Source: Emcibacter sp. (lineage in GTDB: Bacteria; Pseudomonadota; Alphaproteobacteria; Sphingomonadales; Emcibacteraceae). Taken from it: a stretch of DNA of 62,447 nt. The notes below the pieces were generated by a model. That model was given only the letters and a program-made list of their open reading frames with translations, made no database searches and had not been told where the DNA came from. This document shows positions 51,288 to 61,171 of this stretch, in pieces. The stretch's first letter is position 1. The number at the start of each line of letters is the position of its first letter. Both the position numbers and the translations under genes were made by a program. The stretch lies in the NCBI GenBank assembly GCA_016764855.1, contig JAESRB010000074.1, forward strand, positions 1 to 62,447. Direction: 5' to 3'.

Positions 51288-52570
51288 GGTGCTTTTCCGT
51301 TCCAACGTCCGGTAAGGGCCGCATCAATACAATCTTCCATTGAACCGAACCATGCTTCAATTCCCATAATTGCCGGCAAATAATGCGTTTGTTTGGCAGA
51401 ATCCAGCGCAACCACTTTGGTCCCCTCTGGTATCGCCTGCCCTATGGCAGAACAGCTATCTGTCAATATAACACCGCCTGCTTGACGAATGATTTCGCTA
51501 TAGCCCTTCTGGTCACTAATCTGTTTGACAAAACGAGACGTAAATATCCACAAGTTACAATTTACGCTGATCTTCTTTCCTTCAAGAAGCCGACAAACAT
51601 CCCGGATCTGTTCCAAGGAATAATGCGGACAACCCAGCATGATGTAATCCACCTGAGGGTCACGCGCTCTTGCATTCAGGTCTTCATAGGTCTGACGCCG
51701 TTCTGTCTCGCCATATTTGATAATTTCAACGGGTTTTTTAGGCCCAAACGCCATCTCCAGCGTCTCTGCCTCTGGGGTTGCGCCCACGACATGATACATT
51801 TCCACACCACCTGAAGAGGCCGCCGCCGCACCAAAATGCTTATGACACAGCAAATCCGGCATGGAATAGTTCCCATTCAGAACGGGAATTTTTTCTTGCA
51901 CGATCTTACCTGAGAAATATCCCAGCATTCCCCAATCCATGACATTTTTAACAGACACCTCAACGTCAATACGGTGACTGCCATATCGATTTTCAGTCTT
52001 ATGAAGGCCCCAGTCCGGAATCTTACCTGTAATCATCGCCGCGCTAGTACTTTCACGGCCTTCTGTATTGGTATAGGCCCCTAATACTGCGTTACAATAA
52101 ATCACTGCGGACGATTCCATCCATGCACAATGCTCTCCTCGAACAGGAACATTGCCAGCAAGATAGGGCGTACAAGTCTTTAATATCTTAATACCGTGAT
52201 CAGCGGCATAATTTTCACTATTCTGGTATAATTCGGCTGTTTCAGCACTAACACCAAAAAGTTCCGGGTGTGCCTGATCAACACCGCCCTGAAGGTGGCA
52301 GGATGACACAAGCGTATTAGGGACATCGACCACGACATCACTATCCAAGTCGAAATGAGAAAAGATAACATCCTTCCCCCCCGGGTAATCTTTATAATAA
52401 TTATGAAGAAAAGGGCTGGACTGCCCGGGAACACCAGCAACATTGCTGGTGTCCACCAAGCGTTCCGCCCCTAATGCTTCGCCGTATTTGACCAGAAGTT
52501 CCATTGCTTTTTGTATCGCAAGTCCCTTCTGGCCATCTAACATGGCTAACTCATTACGGGTTAATTCCAT
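51284..52570 (-). CDS. Aconitase X catalytic subunit (DUF521)
   Basis: TCTPY..GN.P, AW.ESSAV.Y.N.V.GA.TN, GAAAASSG.V.MYH..G.TPEA, GCPH, DSC, DSAK..HY. Confidence 0.9.
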   Translation of the reverse strand: MELTRNELAMLDGQKGLAIQKAMELLVKYGEALGAERLVDTSNVAGVPGQSSPFLHNYYKDYPGGKDVIFSHFDLDSDVVVDVPNTLVSSCHLQGGVDQAHPELFGVSAETAELYQNSENYAADHGIKILKTCTPYLAGNVPVRGEHCAWMESSAVIYCNAVLGAYTNTEGRESTSAAMITGKIPDWGLHKTENRYGSHRIDVEVSVKNVMDWGMLGYFSGKIVQEKIPVLNGNYSMPDLLCHKHFGAAAASSGGVEMYHVVGATPEAETLEMAFGPKKPVEIIKYGETERRQTYEDLNARARDPQVDYIMLGCPHYSLEQIRDVCRLLEGKKISVNCNLWIFTSRFVKQISDQKGYSEIIRQAGGVILTDSCSAIGQAIPEGTKVVALDSAKQTHYLPAIMGIEAWFGSMEDCIDAALTGRWNGKAP

Positions 52571-52585
52571 TGTTATCTCTTATAA

Positions 52586-54847
52586 TCAAAAATTATAACC
52601 AACCGTCAGACCAAAGGTCCGAGGAGGTAACAATGTCCGACCAATGCTGGCACTGGTAGAGATAGCAAAAGCACCGGCAACAACGAACTCATCCGTCAGG
52701 TTTTTAGCCCAAGCGGTCGCTGTCCACTGCTCATCCGCAGAGGTATAACGCACACTGGCATCAATAAGCGTATAGCCGCCCTGTCCCAGTCTGCTATCCA
52801 TGAACTCTGTGAAATATTGCTGTGCTTTATAGGAAATATCCGCAGAAATAGTCACAAGAGCATCATTATCCAACGGCACTTCATAGGTTCCGTGAAGGTT
52901 ATAAGACCACTTTGGAGAATATCGTGTGGAATTTCCTTCAATTTGGATAATACCGCCACTTGGGTTAAGAGGATTTTTCGTTTCAAAATTACCGAAGGTA
53001 GATTTAAGGTAAGCAGCCGCGCCATCCAGTCTAAAGTTTTCTGTAACCTGCCAGTTAACTTCAACTTCAACACCTTCGCCGTGGGTCGTTGTCGCATTTT
53101 CAAATACAACAGAGAAACCCGCACCGCCAGCTTGTGGTTTTGTTTTACTAATCTGAAGACCATCAAGATCATTCACAAAGGCCGCAATATTCACAACCAA
53201 CTGATTATCAAACCAAGACGTCTTAATACCAGCTTCATGGTTTTTGGCGATTTCAGGATTAATAATCGGCGCTGCTGTAATCGTAGCTTGTCCGGTACCA
53301 CTTTTGAAACCTTCGGAATATGTGTAATAAGCCATGATGTCATCAGTTGGACGCCATTCGAAACCCAATTCCGGCGTGAAATCATTAAATGTTCTTTCAC
53401 GATCGATTTCAGCAGTTTCTACATTAATCGGGAATTGACCAGGTGATCCAGCCGCACCAAGAATGATACCAGCATTATCCTGATAACGTCTTTCATGACT
53501 GAAACGGCCACCAATTTTTAAGTTGACCGTATCTGTAAGCACATAGCTAACTTGTCCAAAAAGAGCCAAAGCATCGGCTTCATGAATGGATCGTGTCGCC
53601 CGGTAACGCTGAAGATTTCCATTTTGCCCACCCGTCGGCGTCAAGCCAATTGTGTTTGGAAATGATCTGAAGTTTTCCTTAAAGAGGAAAAAGCCCATTA
53701 CCGCTTTAACCCGGTCTGTTGAATAATGAAGCTGCAATTCTTCACTGAAGGATTCACTGGAAACATTCCGGTTTTGGATCGTTGTCCGGTTGCCTGTATT
53801 CGCGTAGCTATTCACAACAGAAGACAGATCCAAATCATTGATTAACTGATTGGCATATTCACGGTAGTTAAGGATATTTTTAACAGAAAAATCATCATTT
53901 ATATCCCAATCCAAAGTCGCATTAATTGCCCATGTTTTCTGGGTATTAACCGGATCCATCTCTGATGAAATATTCCGTTGACCTTCAGCAAAGCCACCTA
54001 AACCGATAGGCAACGCCCCATTCGGGAAATTCGGTCCAGCAAATTTCAAACCTGCGGAACGGTCATTCTGTGTAAAATATTCACCCGTAACAAGAAGGTT
54101 AACATCTTCAGAAATATCAAAATTCAAATGCAAACGTCCCATGCTCTTCGCAAGGTTATCTACTTGAGATGTTGTATGCTCGTTGATACCGTAACCACCG
54201 CGGTTAATAACCCGGTAAGCAACACGTGCTGTGACCGAATCCATAAGAGGGCCACTGACAGCCCCTTCACTGGAAAGAAGGGAATAATCACCAATCGTGA
54301 AACGGCCATAACCTTCTAATTCTTCTGTTGGCTTGGCTGTGATCAAGTTAACAGCACCACCCACGGAGTTACGTCCAAACAAGCTGCCCTGTGGTCCACG
54401 AAGAACTTCAACGCGCTCAAGGTCATACATTGACGCGAATTGCGCGCCGGGACGTGAAAGAACCGCACCATCAACATACATCGCTACGCCTGAATCCGCG
54501 CCCGGTGTTGAAGTATTGGTACCAACGCCACGAACAAAAAGTTTTGCAACATTAAAATCACTACCAAAACTAATATTCGGAACGATAGCTTGCAGGTCTT
54601 CGAGGTTATCAATTCTTGCTTCCATTAGTCTTGCGGCACTAACAACAGCAACGGCAACACTTGTATCCTGCAACGACTGTGAACGCTTTTGCGCTGTCAC
54701 AATAATTTCGTCCAGTGCTAAAGAATTTTCTTCCGCTTGCACATTGGCTGCAAAAGAAGATAGTGAAATCGCGACACTAGAAACACCTAGCATAGCTTTA
54801 CGCAGATTTGGCATAGCCCGCCCAAATCCAGAAATTCGATTAATCAT
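52586..54847 (-). CDS. TonB-dependent receptor
   Basis: LDEIIVTAQKR, LRGPQGSLFGRNSVGG, terminal YNF. Confidence 0.93.
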   Translation of the reverse strand: MINRISGFGRAMPNLRKAMLGVSSVAISLSSFAANVQAEENSLALDEIIVTAQKRSQSLQDTSVAVAVVSAARLMEARIDNLEDLQAIVPNISFGSDFNVAKLFVRGVGTNTSTPGADSGVAMYVDGAVLSRPGAQFASMYDLERVEVLRGPQGSLFGRNSVGGAVNLITAKPTEELEGYGRFTIGDYSLLSSEGAVSGPLMDSVTARVAYRVINRGGYGINEHTTSQVDNLAKSMGRLHLNFDISEDVNLLVTGEYFTQNDRSAGLKFAGPNFPNGALPIGLGGFAEGQRNISSEMDPVNTQKTWAINATLDWDINDDFSVKNILNYREYANQLINDLDLSSVVNSYANTGNRTTIQNRNVSSESFSEELQLHYSTDRVKAVMGFFLFKENFRSFPNTIGLTPTGGQNGNLQRYRATRSIHEADALALFGQVSYVLTDTVNLKIGGRFSHERRYQDNAGIILGAAGSPGQFPINVETAEIDRERTFNDFTPELGFEWRPTDDIMAYYTYSEGFKSGTGQATITAAPIINPEIAKNHEAGIKTSWFDNQLVVNIAAFVNDLDGLQISKTKPQAGGAGFSVVFENATTTHGEGVEVEVNWQVTENFRLDGAAAYLKSTFGNFETKNPLNPSGGIIQIEGNSTRYSPKWSYNLHGTYEVPLDNDALVTISADISYKAQQYFTEFMDSRLGQGGYTLIDASVRYTSADEQWTATAWAKNLTDEFVVAGAFAISTSASIGRTLLPPRTFGLTVGYNF

Positions 54848-55189
54848 ATTAAATAGACTCCCTTAAAATATGTGATTTATATTTTCATAGTAGACATACG
54901 GCTACTACTTTCTTTGAATCAAGTTTCAGCACATTAGCAAGCTGACAAGACCAACAGAAGGCTACAAGATGCGTGATCAGTTTTTCCATTTAGGAAAAGG
55001 TGACAACGACAAGATCAGCATTTTAGACAAAATTCTACGATGCAAATAAAATCCCGTTATTTAACAAAGTATAAGGCCGCTTTTATTCATTCCAAAATAG
55101 CAAAACAGTTCGTTCAATAAGGGGTCTTCATTTCATATTTAACCAATGTTAGCTTTGCCTGTAATTATTATTTAGATGGGAATAAAAGA

Positions 55190-56869
55190 ATGAAAAAGGT
55201 GCTGAGAAGCAATTTTGAGTATGGTACATCACGCTGGGCCGTACGTAGAGCGCAATGGATAGCTCTGGGTTTGAATGACGAAGACATGAAAAAACCCAAA
55301 ATTGCCGTCGTAAATTCATCATCTGAACTTGCTATTTGTTTTAGTCATCTAGACGATATCGCAAAAACAGTAAAAGACGCGATAAAAGAAGCCGGCGGAT
55401 TACCTTTTGAAATACGCACCACAGCTCCCAGTGATTTTATTATCAGTCCCGGCCAAAATGGAGGCTATATCCTTCCGAGCCGTGACTTGATTGTAAATGA
55501 CATTGAAAGCGTCGTAGAGGGCGCTCAACTCGATGGTATGATTTGCCTGACCTCATGCGACAAAACAGTTCCCGGCCACCTTATGGCGGCAATTCGTCTT
55601 AACATTCCGACCATTCTTGTTATATGTGGCTATCAGCCAAGTGGAGAATACAAAGGCAAGCATGTAGATATCGAAGATGTCTTTCTCGGAGCTGGCCATG
55701 TTCTTTCCGGCAACCTTTCCAAAGATGAACTCTCCAATATGGCCGACCATGCTGTAAAAGGCCCCGGCGTTTGTTCCGGCATGGGAACAGCCAACTCCAT
55801 GCATATCGTATGTGAGGCCCTCGGCATGTGCCTACCGGGTAGTGCTCCGGTTCTGGCTAACAGTGAAAAAATGACTGAATTTGCCAAGCTGTCTTCCAAA
55901 CGTATTGTGGATATGATTTGGGAAGACCTAAAACCCCGGGATATCTTAACGAAGGGTGCTTTTGAAAATGCCACATCGGCAATCCTCGCCGTAAGCGGCT
56001 CAATCAATGCGGTAAAACATCTTCAGGCGATCGCTGTTGAAGGGGATGTCGATCTTGATATTTTCTCTATTTTTGATGAATTATCCAGAAAAACGCCTCT
56101 GTTAAGTGCCGTATTGCCCGTAGGTAAAGATACAATCGAATCCTTCGAAAAAGCTGGTGGCGCACAAGCAATCATGAAACGGTTGGAAGCATCTCTAGAT
56201 GGCTCCGTTTTAACCGTGACAGGTAAAACCGTAAAAGAAAACCTCGCATCGGCAGAAGTCCATAATGATGACGTGATCCGGCCTTTGGATAATGTTTATT
56301 CAGATGGCCCTGCTATTGCCATATTACGCGGCAATCTCGCCCCTGAAAGCTCCATTATTAAACTTGGTTTGAGCAGTAGAAAAAAAGGACTCAAATTTAC
56401 GGGAACTGCCGTCGTATTTGATGATCAACTTAAAGCGGCTGCCGCCATTAAAAGTGGTGACATTAAACCCGGTCATGTCATCGTTCTACGTGGCCTTGGC
56501 CCCAAAGGAACACCCGGCATGGGCGGCGCATCCTTTGCCGTTTTTGCTGTTGATGGCGCAGGACTCGGAACGACGGTTGCCGTTGTTACCGACGGTCAGC
56601 TTTCTGGCCTGGTTAATAAAGGTTTGGTGGTTGGAGAAGTTTCACCAGAAGCCGCCATGGGAGGACCAATCGCCCTTATTAACGATGGTGATCAAATCTC
56701 CATTGATATTGAAAAGCGTAGCCTCACTCTAGATGTTGAAGAACAAATCCTTACAGAACGACGTGAAAACCTTGAACTCCCCACTCCCAAAAAGACAACA
56801 GGATGGTTGGCCATATATCGTGATAACGTGCAGCCCATGTCAAAAGGCGCCGTTATTATCAAAAAATAG
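55190..56869 (+). CDS. IlvD/Edd-family dehydratase (divergent)
   Basis: KPKIAVVNS, SCDKT.PG.LMAA, CSGMGTANSM, LRGNLAP, GPKG.PGM, TDGQLSG, VSPEAA.GG. Confidence 0.9.
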   Translation: MKKVLRSNFEYGTSRWAVRRAQWIALGLNDEDMKKPKIAVVNSSSELAICFSHLDDIAKTVKDAIKEAGGLPFEIRTTAPSDFIISPGQNGGYILPSRDLIVNDIESVVEGAQLDGMICLTSCDKTVPGHLMAAIRLNIPTILVICGYQPSGEYKGKHVDIEDVFLGAGHVLSGNLSKDELSNMADHAVKGPGVCSGMGTANSMHIVCEALGMCLPGSAPVLANSEKMTEFAKLSSKRIVDMIWEDLKPRDILTKGAFENATSAILAVSGSINAVKHLQAIAVEGDVDLDIFSIFDELSRKTPLLSAVLPVGKDTIESFEKAGGAQAIMKRLEASLDGSVLTVTGKTVKENLASAEVHNDDVIRPLDNVYSDGPAIAILRGNLAPESSIIKLGLSSRKKGLKFTGTAVVFDDQLKAAAAIKSGDIKPGHVIVLRGLGPKGTPGMGGASFAVFAVDGAGLGTTVAVVTDGQLSGLVNKGLVVGEVSPEAAMGGPIALINDGDQISIDIEKRSLTLDVEEQILTERRENLELPTPKKTTGWLAIYRDNVQPMSKGAVIIKK

Positions 56870-56884
56870 ATAAAGGAGAATATT

Positions 56885-57790
56885 ATGTTAAAAATTCAAA
56901 AATTGCATCCTTTGTTTGGAGGACGCGTTCAAACTAAAGTCAATCTACATGAAGGTTTGAGCGCCGAAATGGTAGAAGATATAGAGCAAGCTATGGCCCA
57001 ATATGCCGTACTGGTCCTGCCTGAACAAAATATCAATGATATGGAGCAGATACGGTTCAGCCGTTCATTTGGGCCTCTTGAATTGCCGCCTCATATGGGT
57101 ATGAAAGTCGCAGCAGAACAACGTATTGATCCCAAATTATACGATGTAACCAACCTTGGCTTAGACGGTGAAATATTGCCGCCTGAGGCCTTAAAACATG
57201 CATCAAACAAAGCCAATCAGGACTTCCATTCTGATAGTTCTTTTAACGGTCTGCCAACCAAATGGTCTCTTCTATCTGCTCGTGTCATTCCCCCGGAAGG
57301 TGCCGATACCCATTATATCGATACCAGAGCGGTTTATGACGCTTTACCTGACACGATGAAGGCGAAAGTCATAGATGCCGTTGCCGAACATAGTTTCTGG
57401 AAAACACGTACAAAAAGTGGCTATAAACCAGATCAAAAAATGCTGGATTCAATGCCACCAACGCGGCAGAAAATCGAAACCATTTGCCCCAGAACAGGGC
57501 GAAAAGGGCTTCTTATCGGCGAACATATTACTCACATTGTTGGTTGGGATGCGCAGGAAAGTAACGCATTCATTGAAGAGCTCTATGATTTTGCCGCACA
57601 GCCTGATTTTATCTATACCCATAAATGGCAACAGGGCGACCTCATAATATGGAATAACCCTTGCACCCTACATCGCGCAACAAGTTTTGAAGTTTTCAAA
57701 TATAAGCGTGATATGCGTCGGGCAACCATTAATAAATTCGGACCTGAAATATCTTCAACAGATTTTCTAAAGATATCCGCGCCAAAATAG
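56885..57790 (+). CDS. TauD/TfdA-family Fe(II)/2-oxoglutarate dioxygenase
   Basis: HSDSSF (HxD), H.W..GDL.IW.N..TLHRA, R..RRAT. Confidence 0.9.
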   Translation: MLKIQKLHPLFGGRVQTKVNLHEGLSAEMVEDIEQAMAQYAVLVLPEQNINDMEQIRFSRSFGPLELPPHMGMKVAAEQRIDPKLYDVTNLGLDGEILPPEALKHASNKANQDFHSDSSFNGLPTKWSLLSARVIPPEGADTHYIDTRAVYDALPDTMKAKVIDAVAEHSFWKTRTKSGYKPDQKMLDSMPPTRQKIETICPRTGRKGLLIGEHITHIVGWDAQESNAFIEELYDFAAQPDFIYTHKWQQGDLIIWNNPCTLHRATSFEVFKYKRDMRRATINKFGPEISSTDFLKISAPK

Positions 57791-57807
57791 GCTTCTAAAT
57801 TATTATT

Positions 57808-58704
57808 CTATACCTCTACAGAGGGGATCGTCATCATACGGGTTTTCAAATATGAAATAAGCATATTGATAATCGGTTTTTGCAGGGTCACGCGTGGAAC
57901 AAGGACTTTAATCCATAAATCCACGACTGGGAAATCCTCAAGCAATTGAACCAAGCGCCCCTTCTGTAGGTCTATTTCAGCCAGGTAAAAAGGCAAAACG
58001 CCAATTCCTAGTCCCTCACGGGCGGCCTTTAGAACAACGCTGGCATCATTGGTTTTGGTCCGTGAACGCACTTCAATACTGATTTCACCCCGTGGGCTTT
58101 CAAAACGCCAAACCATCCCAAAAAGCGCGGAGTTCAAGCAATCATAATTAATCAACTCACGGGGATGTTCGGGTATTTTTACATTTTTCAAATATTCCGG
58201 CGAACAACATAAAACTTGTGGGTAGGAACAAAGCGGCACATCAACAACATTGGGATAGGACGCAGGATTGGCTGCAACTACCATATCATAGCCATCCTCC
58301 AACGGATTGACCGAACGGTTCATCAGCATAATTTCAAGTGTAACATCCTTATGCAGAGCCTGAAACTGGCTAAATACCCCCCCAAGATATATGGACGTGA
58401 TTGTAATCGGGGCCATAATACGGACATGCCCCTTTAGGCCATTATTTTTTGTGCCATCCCCTTTTATGATCTCATCAAGCTCTGTGGTTAAGCGGAGATA
58501 ATGCGGCAGACTATCTTCACCCTCTGTCGTTAAGCTGAGACCGCGTGTAGAACGATGGAATAATTTGGCCCCCATCTGATCCTCAAGACGCGTCACACGC
58601 TTCGTCATTACAGACGGTGCAACCCCCAAATCACGCGCAGCGCTGGAAAAACTTCCTTTCCGCGCCACAAGTAAAAATGCCTTTATATTCAATAACGTAC
58701 CCAT
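57808..58704 (-). CDS. LysR family regulator (CrgA-like)
   Basis: GSFS.AAR.LG..PS..TKR..RLE, LF.RSTR.L.LT. Confidence 0.92.
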   Translation of the reverse strand: MGTLLNIKAFLLVARKGSFSSAARDLGVAPSVMTKRVTRLEDQMGAKLFHRSTRGLSLTTEGEDSLPHYLRLTTELDEIIKGDGTKNNGLKGHVRIMAPITITSIYLGGVFSQFQALHKDVTLEIMLMNRSVNPLEDGYDMVVAANPASYPNVVDVPLCSYPQVLCCSPEYLKNVKIPEHPRELINYDCLNSALFGMVWRFESPRGEISIEVRSRTKTNDASVVLKAAREGLGIGVLPFYLAEIDLQKGRLVQLLEDFPVVDLWIKVLVPRVTLQKPIINMLISYLKTRMMTIPSVEV

Positions 58705-58931
58705 TGCACGATTCTACAGTTAAAACGCCATTCATTCAATAGATTTAAGAAATCAAATTATGTCAAAACACTCAATGCATCCGGTCGCTACCCCTCCTCT
58801 CTCACCTTTAAAAAGAAGCATCATGATACGCCTGCCTTCTATTCTGTATTTTGAAGAAAATATTAAATCAATTTCACCTGACAACTCCTTCCTTTGCTCC
58901 TATTGCCTCACTGTGTTAAACTAGAACTCTA

Positions 58932-58959
58932 AACGTCTGCTTCCATCCAAAGCGGACAT
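58932..58959. repeat. Short palindromic repeat, copy D (same family as 34491/34809)
   Basis: AACGTCTGCTTCCATCCAAAGCGGACAT; GTCTGCT/AGCGGAC arms, shares AAGCGGACA with copy B. Confidence 0.55.
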
Positions 58960-59058
58960 CACATGATAGGATCGCTTCTGTCATTGTTAAATTCTTCTTT
59001 TATCTCAAAATTAGCAATGCAGGGCATATATATTTAAAACTCAAAATAGGAGAAACTC

Positions 59059-59268
59059 ATGGTAAATCACGTTTATAAAAAAGTCGAGCTGGTGGGAAGC
59101 TCTCCGGACTCCATTGAAGCGGCAATCGAAAATGCTATTCAAATGGCCGGAAAATCACTTAAAAACCTTGATTGGTTTGAGGTTATTGACACACGAGGGC
59201 AAATCAAGGACGGAAAAGTGGCTCATTATCAGGTTGAGATAAAGGTCGGTTTTCGTATTGAGAACTAA
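59059..59268 (+). CDS. Dodecin (flavin-binding protein)
   Basis: [22 protein letters not shown]...RG.I.DGKV.HYQV..KVGF; AGGAG RBS. Confidence 0.95.
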   Translation: MVNHVYKKVELVGSSPDSIEAAIENAIQMAGKSLKNLDWFEVIDTRGQIKDGKVAHYQVEIKVGFRIEN

Positions 59269-59364
59269 GGCGTGATCTCATAAATAAAGTAAAAATACTG
59301 TTTAGACACATTTTTTTTAAGCAGACGACAGAGCAACGCAAAAACGGCCCTTTGAGACGTCGGA

Positions 59365-59862
59365 TCAAGATGCGTTTTTCACCTCACCATAATGGCCATT
59401 GGCATACAACAGTGGGGCGATATCCTCTGTATATTCAATGTCAAACACGGTTCCGATGAAAAGACCATGCGTACCAAAACTCCTGGTATTTTCAACGGTT
59501 AGAAAAAGATTAGCCTGAGCATCTCTCAGGTAATGCAGATCATTTTTCTGCTCCCATGCACCACAGGAAAACTGTGTCTCTCCGCTACCGGGAGTGCTAA
59601 AATGATTGGAAATTTTCTGCTGGTTTTTATGTAACAGATTGATGCAAAAATGGCGGCTATTGGCAATTACTTCGTGAAATTTTGACTTTTTATGCACACA
59701 TACCAGCATGGAGAGCGGCTCAAAACTGACACAGGTCACAGAGGTCGCGGTCATACCAAGCGGCTCCCTTTCATATGTCGCCGTAATAATGCTGACCGTC
59801 GAAACCATACGGCGCATGGCCTGACGAAATTTTTCCTGCAAATCCTGATTATTCTCAGACAT
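59365..59862 (-). CDS. Flavin reductase (StyB/IifD-like partner)
   Basis: FRQAMRR..TV..IT, GMTATS..VS.EP, GTH..FIG.V, PLLY.NG.Y. Confidence 0.9.
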   Translation of the reverse strand: MSENNQDLQEKFRQAMRRMVSTVSIITATYEREPLGMTATSVTCVSFEPLSMLVCVHKKSKFHEVIANSRHFCINLLHKNQQKISNHFSTPGSGETQFSCGAWEQKNDLHYLRDAQANLFLTVENTRSFGTHGLFIGTVFDIEYTEDIAPLLYANGHYGEVKNAS

Positions 59863-59927
59863 TAGTTATCCTTATTCTACAAAAAAAGAGGGCATAACGC
59901 CCCCTCTTTAACCCATCAACCCCTCGA

Positions 59928-61154
59928 TTAATTGACGATCTTCTTGAGATATTCCGCTGCCGCCGCCGGTTCCATAAACCACGGAAATAAATCCCGAGGG
60001 TCATTGAAAGCATCGGCAATCCTCTGTGCCGTTTCCGGATGGCTGCCGGCGACCCCTAATATCTGCAAGACATGATCGGCTGGCGGCAAAAGGAACCCAT
60101 TGGTCCATTCCACAACATATTTGGCATAGTCCCAAAATTCGTCAAAAGTTTTCTGCATCCAATCTTCATCAAACGGCAAATCCCCACGTGCAAGAATGCT
60201 GTTATAAAATATTTCTGTACATTTGGTCGCATTATTGGAGCCTTGACCCGTGATCGGATCATTGAGACAAATACTATCCGCCAACCCAAGTACGATCTTG
60301 CCTGAGGGCAGCCGTCCGACGGGTTTTCGAATTGTCGGCGGGAAACGTCCGGCAAGCTTGCCATTAGGGTCCGTCATCTCAATCTCGGTACAACGTTCAG
60401 CCTCCCACGGCAGGAATTTATTCAATATAGTCTGGCTCATTTCCAAATGCTCCTCCGGGCTCGCAATCCCGCCCCAGCAATCCATCTCCCCACCCGGAAT
60501 ACCTTCAAACACCATAATATCGCAAGGCCCCGTGGTCGTCAGCGCCGGAAAACAAAAATATTCGCCCACTCCTGGGATAATATTAAAACAAACCGCGCTA
60601 TAGTCAGGCCGCGGCTTCATATTTTTTACATAAGTCAATCCAAGAGCCCGCATGGGTTTGTCAAAAGTGCTTTTTTCCGCATCCCGTTCGAACATCTTAC
60701 CAATATCGCCCTTGCCCGAAGCCACCATTACAAGATCACAATCACGGGCAATATCTTCAAGGCTTTCAAGACTGACATCATCAATCACCAACTTACCGCC
60801 TAATTTTTCAAATTCTGCCATCCAAACCGGCATTTTAACCCGTTGATCAACGGAATTTGCGGAACCTGTTGTCAGCCGGGCCGCCCAGTCTATGGGGCGG
60901 CTACCATCCGGCGCCACAACCGTCAGTGAAATACCTTCGATCTCCGGGCATTCATCTTCCCAGAAATTAACACCGAAATCCCGCTCAATATCCAACGCGG
61001 CATTGAACATGGCCTGTGAGGACAGCACGCCACCGTTATATATTTCCGAGCCGGTTCTATTGGTGATAATCGTGACATCATAGCCTTTTTTCTTCAAACC
61101 GATCCCCATGAGAAGGCCAGATTGCCCCGCACCAATTATTGTAATTTTACGCAT
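59928..61154 (-). CDS. Group E flavoprotein monooxygenase (indole/styrene monooxygenase, IifC/StyA-like)
   Basis: GAGQSGL, SSQ.MF..AL, SVDQRVK.P, GVGEYF.FPALT..G, LNDPITGQGSNNA.K. Confidence 0.88.
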   Translation of the reverse strand: MRKITIIGAGQSGLLMGIGLKKKGYDVTIITNRTGSEIYNGGVLSSQAMFNAALDIERDFGVNFWEDECPEIEGISLTVVAPDGSRPIDWAARLTTGSANSVDQRVKMPVWMAEFEKLGGKLVIDDVSLESLEDIARDCDLVMVASGKGDIGKMFERDAEKSTFDKPMRALGLTYVKNMKPRPDYSAVCFNIIPGVGEYFCFPALTTTGPCDIMVFEGIPGGEMDCWGGIASPEEHLEMSQTILNKFLPWEAERCTEIEMTDPNGKLAGRFPPTIRKPVGRLPSGKIVLGLADSICLNDPITGQGSNNATKCTEIFYNSILARGDLPFDEDWMQKTFDEFWDYAKYVVEWTNGFLLPPADHVLQILGVAGSHPETAQRIADAFNDPRDLFPWFMEPAAAAEYLKKIVN

Positions 61155-61171
61155 TGAAATTTCCTAATCTG

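Noticed and set aside
52817-53446. 209-aa antisense ORF, and the many similar shadow ORFs in the track
   Set aside because: They lie opposite or within well-supported genes and show no recognisable motifs.
58705-59058. FMN riboswitch upstream of dodecin
   Set aside because: The conserved RFN sequence blocks are not visible.
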